64,000 nt of DNA from an uncultured Candidatus Saccharibacteria bacterium. GTDB taxonomy: Bacteria; Patescibacteriota; JAQUNI01. Below are positions 9,181 to 16,960 of this stretch, piece after piece. Each line of letters begins with the position of its first letter. Positions within the stretch are counted from its first letter, which is position 1. The notes beneath the pieces were generated by a model. It searched no databases. It saw nothing but the letters and a program-made list of their open reading frames with translations, and was not told the DNA's origin. The translations under genes were made by a program, and so were the position numbers. The DNA lies in NCBI GenBank assembly GCA_964555185.1, contig CAZKRD010000001.1:239272-303271 (forward strand), written 5' to 3'.

Positions 9181-9439
9181 AATAAAAACCCCTTTGTCTT
9201 CAATTTTGATTTGTGACCATGATACAGCATTTTCTTTGAAATTGAAAATGGCCCAAAAGGAAGACATAAGGGGGCGGCTTTTCACTTAATTTAGATAAAT
9301 TGGGAGTATATTCGGCAATAATCTGATTGACTCCAATTAAGCTACAAGCCTTTATTGTTCATAGAACCACCCTACCTTTCAGTGAACTGATTTATCCGCA
9401 CTACTATTATAGTATATTTCTCTAATTTCATTTTGTCAA
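9181..9439 (-). ncRNA. Array unit C: promoter, structured RNA, terminator
   Basis: TTGACA(9434-9439)-17-TATACT(9411-9416); 47-nt block identical to unit B; long 3' hairpin plus U-tract. Confidence 0.6.
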
Positions 9440-9715
9440 AATAAAAACCCCTTTGTCTCAAATCGCTGGTATTACGCTTTGCGTGATATTCAGATATGAG
9501 ATATAAAGGGGCGGCTTTTGTAGCTTGGCTTATAGTGAGATAGTAAGAGCGAGTCAGCCGATATCCTGACTCATTGAGAACCAAGTCAAAAGCCCTGCTT
9601 ATTTCATAGAACCACCCTACCTTTCAGTGAACTGATTTATCCGCACTACATCTTTCTCTTTTTTTCCCTTTCTGCTTGACACCTATATTATATTTCCCAA
9701 TTCTAATTTTGTCAA
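9440..9715 (-). ncRNA. Array unit B: promoter, structured RNA, terminator (paralogue of unit C)
   Basis: TTGACA(9710-9715)-17-TATAAT(9687-9692); 9603-9649 identical to 9358-9404; promoter segment identical to that of unit D. Confidence 0.6.
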
Positions 9716-9746
9716 AGTATTTAGGCGTGAGTTTAAAACTCTCTTG

Positions 9747-9894
9747 GTCATTGTGAGCGACCGCAGGGAGCGAAGCCACCCTATGGGTGGTCACCCGCAG
9801 GGTGACAATCTCGTGAAAGTCTTATTTGACTCTTAGGAATGAGATTGCTTCGTCACTCTCCCTCGATGAACTCGGGATCGCTCCTCGCAATGAC
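9747..9894. repeat. GTCATTGCGAG...CTCGCAATGAC REP-like palindromic element with nested hairpins
   Basis: Terminal inverted repeats; same family at 22740, 28380 and 63742. Confidence 0.75.
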
Positions 9895-9917
9895 ATTTGG
9901 GTTTTGATTATGTATTT

Positions 9918-10224
9918 AAAATAAAAACCCGTCTATGCCCCAGATAGATCAAGGGGCTAAAACGGGCTTGTCTTTTTTAGTTCTTTAGTGAAGTACGCTG
10001 TCCGGTTGTACAGAACCGCCAGACAGTTTGTTATGTTTCATCACTTTTGTATATAATATAACATAGTGCAAAATCAATATCAATCGGGAAGTCTCACTCT
10101 GCTAATTATATAAGAACTGAAAAAGAGCAAAGTTATTGTTGCATCGCATCACCTCTTCTTTTTAGGAATCCAAGGTCAAAATTGCAACTTATGTTTATTA
10201 TATTTTCTTTATCTTTTTTGTCAA
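9918..10224 (-). ncRNA. Array unit(s) A: one or two promoters, structured RNA, terminator
   Basis: TTGACA(10219-10224)-16-TATAAT(10197-10202); second TTGATA-17-TATATT at 10083-10055; CCCGT..ACGGG+U-tract terminator at 9918-9967. Confidence 0.45.
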
Positions 10225-10360
10225 ATATAAAACACCCTTTTTTGGTTCAAACGGTTTTTTGGTAAAAACCGCCTGAATTTTGAGGGTGTTTTGTTTTTGT
10301 TTTTGTTTATTTATTCTCGAGGTTCCTCGACTAAGAGAACCTTTTGGAATAATTAGTTTT

Positions 10361-11830
10361 TTAGAGATAGAGGATCAGTCCGCTTAAGATCAGGACAAAG
10401 ATAGTGGAAGCGATTAAGTGGGGATTCTGTTTGGTGATATGGATAATAATATTAATGATTAACAGGATCACGATAGCGCCAACAAAGAGAATGATCAGAT
10501 TAGTCATGCTTCGGTCGAGCGTGTCAATAAAGAGTGCCCAATGATTGTTTTTGTTGATCGTCCGGTTTTTGGCCAGCGGCGGGGTTACCTCCAGTTTGCG
10601 GACAGAGGTTAACTGTTGACTGGCGACATTGCCTGCTTGGTCTTTGGCTTTAATCCAGATTCCTCCTTCAGTTTGTTTGATCACTCCCTCCCAGAGGTTG
10701 TCTCCTTTTGTTTGGAGCACGGTTTCATAACCGTCCGAGAGCGCCTTTACTTCTTCTGGATCACCGGTAACATAAGCAAAGACATCAAATTTTTCTTGAG
10801 GATTGAGATAGGTAGGAATGGCGTAAGATTTCTCCAGGTTGATTTTTGGCGCTTCGGCGTCAATCGTGATCCTGACTGTTTCGGAAAAGGCGCTCCAATT
10901 TTCAGACGAGTCTTTAGCAATGACGCGAAAGGTATGGGTGCCATCAGAGAGATAGGAAGCCAGGGTAAAACTGAATCCGTTGTTTTTGTTGGCTTTGGTT
11001 TCGCCGATTTTGACCTGGGCCTGGTAAATGAACACCGAAGAGTCAGCCTCGGCTTGGCCGCTAATTGTTACTTGGGTGTTTTTTGTAATACTATTGTTCT
11101 TGGGCGTGTAAATTTTGGGTGGAGCCGGAGGAGTGGTGTCTGGAGCCGGAGGTTCTGGTTTGGGGGCCGGGGGCTCCTCTTCTTCTTCCTCCTCTTCGGG
11201 CTCTTCGGGGGTGGTTTCGTCTTCCTCTTCTTCCGGAAGATAGACAGGGATGTCTTCCGGGGCTGTATTTTCGGTAGAACCAAAGTGCTGGACAATCATT
11301 GTAGTGTAATATCCTTCAAACGTGCCATAGACAATGCCAATGCCGATCTCTTTAAAATTAGGATTGATAATGTTATCGCGATGGCCGGGAGAATTCATCC
11401 AGGCTTCGTGCACGCCTTCACTGGTCTCAAAGCCGACCGCGAGGTTTTCACCGGCATAGGTGTAGCTGTAACCAGCTTGGTCAAACCAAAACCAGGGGTC
11501 AACACCCTCTGGCGAGACATGGGCAAAGTACTGGTTGTCTATCATATCATTCGCTTTAGCCAGGGCGGATTGGTTAAGTTTGGAGTTGATCGTGAGAGGG
11601 GTAAGGCTGACGCTCGCCCGCGCTTCATTGGTCAGTCTCGCGATTTCTTCAATATTGGCGGAGGCGTAGTAAGCGGTTTGAGGAAAGGCGAAGATTAAAA
11701 AACCCACGCTGACTTTGAGGCCGAACAGAATTGTAACATAAAAAGTAAGCGCCTTTTTGCGGAGAGCATAGGGCTGATAACGATTAGACTTATTGGGCAT
11801 AAACCATTTGCGGATGGTTTTTGTGTTCAT
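10361..11830 (-). CDS. CAP (SCP) domain membrane protein with Ig-like (Big) domain
   Basis: YAGENLA, AWMNSPGHRDNI and FKEIGIG CAP motifs; acidic Pro linker; DTTPP/DGTHTF Ig-like motifs; C-terminal TMs. Confidence 0.85.
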   Translation of the reverse strand: MNTKTIRKWFMPNKSNRYQPYALRKKALTFYVTILFGLKVSVGFLIFAFPQTAYYASANIEEIARLTNEARASVSLTPLTINSKLNQSALAKANDMIDNQYFAHVSPEGVDPWFWFDQAGYSYTYAGENLAVGFETSEGVHEAWMNSPGHRDNIINPNFKEIGIGIVYGTFEGYYTTMIVQHFGSTENTAPEDIPVYLPEEEEDETTPEEPEEEEEEEEPPAPKPEPPAPDTTPPAPPKIYTPKNNSITKNTQVTISGQAEADSSVFIYQAQVKIGETKANKNNGFSFTLASYLSDGTHTFRVIAKDSSENWSAFSETVRITIDAEAPKINLEKSYAIPTYLNPQEKFDVFAYVTGDPEEVKALSDGYETVLQTKGDNLWEGVIKQTEGGIWIKAKDQAGNVASQQLTSVRKLEVTPPLAKNRTINKNNHWALFIDTLDRSMTNLIILFVGAIVILLIINIIIHITKQNPHLIASTIFVLILSGLILYL

Positions 11831-12000
11831 TTTTGTAGTTTTTTCGTTTATTTACGCAAAAAGCTCGCTTTTTGATTAAATCGCGAGCTCTTTGTACCAA
11901 CTGTTCATATTATATCATATTATGTTAAAAAAATCAAGGTTTTTGGAATTTTAGAGGATGGTTGATTTTGAATTTTGGATGTGCTAAAATAGAGATTACT

Positions 12001-12639
12001 ATGTCTCTTTTGGTTGAAAGTTTAGTCAATCAAGGTTATATTAAAACCAAGCGGGTAGAGGCGGCATTTCGCGCCGTGCCCCGCTATCATTTTCTTCTCG
12101 CTGCAGACAAGAGTGAGGAGGAATTAAAAAAGGAAGCAGAGATCAATACTCCTCTTTTTTTGTTTTCAGGCCAGACTATTTCCCAGCCCTTGACTGTCGC
12201 CTTAATGCTTGAGCTTTTGGGGGCGCGCCGAGGGAACAAGGTTCTAGACGTCGGTTCGGGTTCAGGCTGGCAGGCCTGCCTGCTTGCTCACATTGTAGGA
12301 GACAAGGGGAAGGTTTATGCCTTAGAGATTCTGCCGGAGCTAAAAGAGTTTGGCGAGCAGAACGCAAAGAAATTTGATTTTGATAACATCAAATTTATCT
12401 TAGGCAGCGGCTGGCAGGGCGCTCGCGATTACGCTCCTTTTGATCGGATTATTGTTGCCGCGGCCGCTCCCCGAGTTCCCTCGGCCTTGAAAGAGCAATT
12501 AAAGGTGGGGGGAGTGATCGTGATTCCAGTTGGCACGACTCACAATTGCGCCTTGACTCGGATTGAGAAGTTAGCAGAAGATGATTTTGAGATCCAAGAA
12601 GAACCAGGATTCTCTTTCGTACCATTAATTGATTCATAA
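12001..12639 (+). CDS. pcm: Protein-L-isoaspartate O-methyltransferase
   Basis: GQTISQP, VLDVGSGSGW, APFDRIIVAAA and FVPL motifs. Confidence 0.93.
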   Translation: MSLLVESLVNQGYIKTKRVEAAFRAVPRYHFLLAADKSEEELKKEAEINTPLFLFSGQTISQPLTVALMLELLGARRGNKVLDVGSGSGWQACLLAHIVGDKGKVYALEILPELKEFGEQNAKKFDFDNIKFILGSGWQGARDYAPFDRIIVAAAAPRVPSALKEQLKVGGVIVIPVGTTHNCALTRIEKLAEDDFEIQEEPGFSFVPLIDS

Positions 12640-12692
12640 TTCATAATTTCACCCTTCGGGTGATTACCCGAAGGGTGGCATAATTCAAAATA

Positions 12693-13772
12693 ATGTTTTA
12701 CGCCGTAATTATGGCTGGCGGGTCAGGCACCCGTCTTTGGCCAATAAGCCGCAAAAGGCGACCCAAGCAGTCGCAAAAGATTGTGGGCAACCGCACGCTT
12801 TTGCAAAAAACCTTTACTCGTCTGCGCAAGGCAGTAGATTCAAAGCACATTCTGATCACAACCGGAGCTTCTAATCTTCGGGATATCAAGAAACAACTTC
12901 CTAATCTGCAAAGGTCCAATTTTTCCGTGGAACCAGAGAGAAGAGACACGGGGCCGGCCTTGGGTTTGGCCGCCGCGATTTTAGAAAAGCGCGACCCGGA
13001 GGCCGTTATGTCCTGTGTTTATTCTGATCACTATATTATTGATGAAGACGAGTACCGGCGGATTGCTCGTTTAGCAGAAAGTCTGATTCGTGAAAAACCA
13101 GACTATACCGTAATTTTAGGGATCAATCCAGCCTATCCGGAAACCGGCTATGGCTATATTGAGCGGGCCCGTCTTTTTGAGAAGAGAGGCAAGAGCGGAA
13201 TCTACTATGTCAAGAAATTCGTGGAAAAGCCGAATCTTAAAACCGCCCAAGCCTATCTTAAAACCGGCCGCTATTTATGGAACTCGGGAATGTTTTTTTG
13301 GAAAGCAAAGACCCTTCTTGAACTTTTTGAAAAGAATTTGCCTGATACCTATAAACGTTTGCGCAAAATCCAAGCGGCTTTGGGCACAAGAGAAGAGAAG
13401 AAAATTTTGAGAGAAGAGTATGGTAGAATAAAACCAATCTCGATTGACTATGGAATTGTCGAGAAGACAAAGAAGATTTTGACTATTCCTTCGGAGTTCG
13501 GCTGGTCGGACATTGGCCATTGGCAGTCGGTCAAGGAGATTTTACCGGGCGATAAGAAAGGCAATTTCACTAAGTGCCACCACATTGGTCTGGAAACAGA
13601 CGGGAGTTTGATTTACGCTCCGGAGAGAAAGATCGTGGCCACGATCGGTTTGCGCGATATGATTGTGATTGACACCGAGGATGCTTTATTGATCTGCCCC
13701 AAAGACCGGGCGCAAGATGTGAAAAAGCTGGTCCAGGAATTAGAGAAGAACGGACAGAATAAATACTTGTGA
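12693..13772 (+). CDS. manC: Mannose-1-phosphate guanylyltransferase
   Basis: IMAGGSGTRLWPISR, ETGYGYI, FVEKP, WNSGMF, ISIDYGI, WSDIG. Confidence 0.92.
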   Translation: MFYAVIMAGGSGTRLWPISRKRRPKQSQKIVGNRTLLQKTFTRLRKAVDSKHILITTGASNLRDIKKQLPNLQRSNFSVEPERRDTGPALGLAAAILEKRDPEAVMSCVYSDHYIIDEDEYRRIARLAESLIREKPDYTVILGINPAYPETGYGYIERARLFEKRGKSGIYYVKKFVEKPNLKTAQAYLKTGRYLWNSGMFFWKAKTLLELFEKNLPDTYKRLRKIQAALGTREEKKILREEYGRIKPISIDYGIVEKTKKILTIPSEFGWSDIGHWQSVKEILPGDKKGNFTKCHHIGLETDGSLIYAPERKIVATIGLRDMIVIDTEDALLICPKDRAQDVKKLVQELEKNGQNKYL

Positions 13773-13776
13773 AAAG

Positions 13777-13818
13777 TCAACCTTTGAGTCCTGAATCTCA
13801 GGTCGAGGGAAAATCAAA
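13777..13818. repeat. Short palindromic intergenic repeat (CCTTYGAGTCCTGARYCTCAGGTCGAGGG)
   Basis: Near-identical copy at 26861-26902. Confidence 0.7.
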
Positions 13819-13893
13819 TCTCAAAGATACAGATTAAAAATCAAAAATGACAGCTTATGTTTATAACTCTCGATTTTTAGATTGAAGTCTACT

Positions 13894-14895
13894 ATGAAAA
13901 AGATTTTAGTTACCATTTTTATTTTAATTATCTTGGTTGGCGCTTTAAGCTTTTTTTGTATCAGATGGCAGATTGCCAGGCCTTTGAACGATGACGGGGC
14001 CCTGCATGATTTCATAATCAGAGAAGGCCAAGGGGTGAAAGAGATTGGCCAAGGACTTTCTGATAAAAGCATGATCAGGGGTTCTTGGTATTTTGGAGTT
14101 TATGTTTGGTACAAACATAGGGAGGCAGATTTTCAAGCCGGCAATTTCAAGGTTTCCTCTTCGATGAATATCCCCGAGGTAGTTTCGATCTTGACCGGCG
14201 AAACCGAACCGGCAGAAGTAGAGATTACGATCATTGAAGGTTGGGACCGTCGAGACATTGATGCTTACTTAACAAAGACTGGTTTGATTCGCGCAGGGGA
14301 TTTTGTTGCCGGGACCCAGAATTTTGAAGTCAGCGCCCTGGGCGGACATTACGAAGCAGAGCAGGATGCTTCTTTGGAAGGTTTTTTGTTTCCTGATACT
14401 TATCGGGTTTATAAGGATGCGGATTTGGATGAGATTTTAGAAAAAATGTTTGGCAATTTTCAAAAAAAAGTTAATCCTTTGCTCCCCGAAATAGAAAATC
14501 AAGGTAAGAATTTATACGAGATTTTGATTATGGCCAGCATTGTCGAACGGGAATCAGCCTCCCGCGAAGAGATGCCAATAATTGCCGGCGTGTTCTATAA
14601 TCGTTTGGACGATGATTATTTTTTAGAATCTGACGCGACTGTGAATTATGTTACGGGCAAGAGTTCGCGTCGGCCAACCTTAGAAGATTTGGAGTTTGAT
14701 TCGCCCTATAACACTTATCTTAATCGCGGTCTGCCGCCTGGGCCAATCTGCAATTCGGGTTTGGCCGCAATCCAAGCCGCGATTTATCCAGAAGACACGG
14801 ACTATTATTATTTTCTTCATCCAGAGGAAGGAGGAACGATCTTTTCTAAAACAGCGGAGGAACACAGTAAAAACAAGGCAGAGTATCTAGACTGA
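13894..14895 (+). CDS. mltG: Endolytic transglycosylase MltG
   Basis: LEGFLFPDTY, MASIVERE, SPYNTY, GLPPGPICN. Confidence 0.93.
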   Translation: MKKILVTIFILIILVGALSFFCIRWQIARPLNDDGALHDFIIREGQGVKEIGQGLSDKSMIRGSWYFGVYVWYKHREADFQAGNFKVSSSMNIPEVVSILTGETEPAEVEITIIEGWDRRDIDAYLTKTGLIRAGDFVAGTQNFEVSALGGHYEAEQDASLEGFLFPDTYRVYKDADLDEILEKMFGNFQKKVNPLLPEIENQGKNLYEILIMASIVERESASREEMPIIAGVFYNRLDDDYFLESDATVNYVTGKSSRRPTLEDLEFDSPYNTYLNRGLPPGPICNSGLAAIQAAIYPEDTDYYYFLHPEEGGTIFSKTAEEHSKNKAEYLD

Positions 14896-14951
14896 ACAGC
14901 CTGAAGGCTTTATTTTTTGAACCTCAAGTCTTTCAGGCTTTTTTTATAAAT

Positions 14952-15045
14952 TTGACAGTTTAAATCAGAGAATATATAATAGAATCGTCATTCCCAAGAG
15001 CATAGGTGGCTCGTAAAAAAAGAGCCGTAAATCCTATGTTAGGAA
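14952..15045 (+). promoter_or_regulatory. Sigma70 promoter plus probable L10 leader
   Basis: TTGACA-17-TATAAT (14952-14980); CCAAGAG-CATAGG...TAAAT-CCTATG-TTAGG structure before rplJ. Confidence 0.6.
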
Positions 15046-15091
15046 TTAAGCATTTTCTAAAGTCTTGGGAATTTCAAGATTTTATTTTTTT

Positions 15092-15637
15092 ATGGCGAAA
15101 ACACGTAAGCAAAAAGAAAAGGAAGTAGAAAGGATCACTCAACACTTTTCTGAAATGAAGTCAGCGGTTTTTGCTGACTTTACTCATCTTTCAGTTTCGG
15201 ATATGGAGGATTTGAGAGGGAGATTAAGAGAGCAGGGAACTAAATTAAGAGTTGTGAAGAAATCGCTTTTTAATTTGGTTTTAGACAAAGAGAAAGATTT
15301 AGAAGAGGTAAAGAAAAATTTGGAAGTTCCAGGCGCTTTATCGATTGCTTTTGGTTTAGAAGACGAGATTGCGCCAGCCAGGGTGCTTTCTGGATTTGGA
15401 AAACAGCACAAGAAGTTTGCGATTTGGGGGGGTGTTTTAGACGGCAATTATTTGTCCGCAGAAGAGGTTTCGAATCTTGCTGCTCTTCCGGGAAAAAAAC
15501 AACTGCGCGGCCAAATGGTTTGCGTGATCGCCGGCCCGATTTCCGGTTTTGTTAATGTGCTCTCTGCGAATTTGCGCAACTTAATTAATGTTTTAAAAAA
15601 TATTAGCGAGAAGAATGAAAGTGAAAACAATTCGTAA
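15092..15637 (+). CDS. rplJ: 50S ribosomal protein L10
   Basis: MAKTRKQKE, LRVVKKSL and LAALPGK motifs; upstream of rplL. Confidence 0.93.
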   Translation: MAKTRKQKEKEVERITQHFSEMKSAVFADFTHLSVSDMEDLRGRLREQGTKLRVVKKSLFNLVLDKEKDLEEVKKNLEVPGALSIAFGLEDEIAPARVLSGFGKQHKKFAIWGGVLDGNYLSAEEVSNLAALPGKKQLRGQMVCVIAGPISGFVNVLSANLRNLINVLKNISEKNESENNS

Positions 15638-15720
15638 ATTGTTTTGCCCGCCTCTGCGAGGTAAGCCATGGGCTTCGCCCGTGGGGTTCCACTTTTTCAT
15701 TTTTCTCAAGATAAAATCCT

Positions 15721-16140
15721 ATGCCTACTAAAAAAGAATCTAAAAAAGCGAAAGTGCCAAAGAAATTCGAGCGGATCGTTTCCGAGATTGAGAAGATGAG
15801 TGTTTTAGAGTTGTCTGAACTAGTAAAGGTTTTGGAAGATAAGTTTGGCGTCCAGGCTTCTGCCCCGGTCGCGGCAGTTGCCGTCGCTCCGAAGACAGAG
15901 GGCGGAGAAGGTTCTGGCGAAGAAGAGAAGACTGATTTTGATGTTGAGTTGACAACAGTTGGTGATTCCAAAATCGCGGTAATTAAATTGATCCGTGATA
16001 TTACCGGCCAGGGCTTGAAAGAAGCAAAGGATATTGTGGATGCCGCGCCCAAGGTAATCAAGGAAAAAGCAGCGAAAGCAGAAGCAGAGGAACTCAAGAA
16101 AAAGCTCGAGGAAGCCGGCGCTGGCGTGACTTTGAAATAA
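15721..16140 (+). CDS. rplL: 50S ribosomal protein L7/L12
   Basis: [43 protein letters not shown]. Confidence 0.96.
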   Translation: MPTKKESKKAKVPKKFERIVSEIEKMSVLELSELVKVLEDKFGVQASAPVAAVAVAPKTEGGEGSGEEEKTDFDVELTTVGDSKIAVIKLIRDITGQGLKEAKDIVDAAPKVIKEKAAKAEAEELKKKLEEAGAGVTLK

Positions 16141-16289
16141 AATTTTGTCAGATAAAAAATCATCTCGTTTTTAGATGAGATGATTTTTGTTTGGGTTTAT
16201 GGTACAATGGAGTAAGCGAAAAGCGAAAAAGTTTATTAGCGGAGCATTAAGCTTTTCACTCTTAGCTTTTCACTCTTAGCTTACACGCC

Positions 16290-16904
16290 ATGTTTCATCC
16301 TCTCCGTTTGCTCAAAAGAATAGTTTATGTTGTGTTTTTGGCGGCAATTGTTTTTGCTGCTATAAATTACAAGGCTCTGGTTAGACAAGCGGAGTATTAT
16401 TTTTATCAGAAGTATCCCAAAGCAGAAGTGGTTCGTATTATCTTAGAAGACACTCCTAGAAAAGATGAGGGGATTTCACAAGAGACCCGGCTTTTGATTC
16501 CCAAGATCAATGTGGAAGTGCCGGTGATTTCTATTTCTGATAACAATGAAGAAACGATTCAGAAAGGCTTGGAGCAGGGAGTGGTGCATTATCCGGGTAC
16601 AGCGGGTCCTGGCGAGGGAGGCAACTATTTTATCTTGGGCCATTCTTCTGATTATCTCTGGCGGCCCGGAGAATACAAAGATGTTTTCGCGCTTTTGAAT
16701 AAACTGAAGCAGGGCGATCTAGTGAAAGTGGAAGATCAGAGCAAAGAATATATCTATGAGGTTACGGAGAAAGTAATCGTTTCGCCGGAACAAGTAGATG
16801 TTTTGCGGGCAACCCCGGATGCCACCCTGTCTCTGATGACTTGCTGGCCGATCGGGACGCCCTTGAAACGTTTGATCGTGAAGGCAAAGCTGATTCGAGG
16901 TTAA
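16290..16904 (+). CDS. Sortase (class D/E-like)
   Basis: N-terminal TM, LEQGVVHYPGTA, ILGHS, LMTC, and the Arg in KRLIV. Confidence 0.9.
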   Translation: MFHPLRLLKRIVYVVFLAAIVFAAINYKALVRQAEYYFYQKYPKAEVVRIILEDTPRKDEGISQETRLLIPKINVEVPVISISDNNEETIQKGLEQGVVHYPGTAGPGEGGNYFILGHSSDYLWRPGEYKDVFALLNKLKQGDLVKVEDQSKEYIYEVTEKVIVSPEQVDVLRATPDATLSLMTCWPIGTPLKRLIVKAKLIRG

Positions 16905-16960
16905 AATATAGTTTAAAAAACAGCCTTTTGAAATTGATGCTGTTTTTTTATGCTTCAAAT

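Noticed and set aside
8453-9584. Short ORFs in the non-coding array (60-70 aa track ORFs; micro-ORFs MK*, MNNKGL*, MPKKVNGLLLTIQ*, MQQ*)
   Set aside because: They cross promoter or terminator boundaries or are not conserved between paralogues B and C; micro-peptide translation cannot be fully excluded
9148-9716. CRISPR array interpretation of the repeated 34-47 bp blocks
   Set aside because: Spacing is irregular (about 250 bp), the most repeated block is a promoter, and no cas genes are present
10616-11698. 360-aa + strand ORF
   Set aside because: Antisense shadow of the CAP-domain gene with no recognisable motifs
15603-16163. 186-aa - strand ORF
   Set aside because: Antisense shadow of rplL
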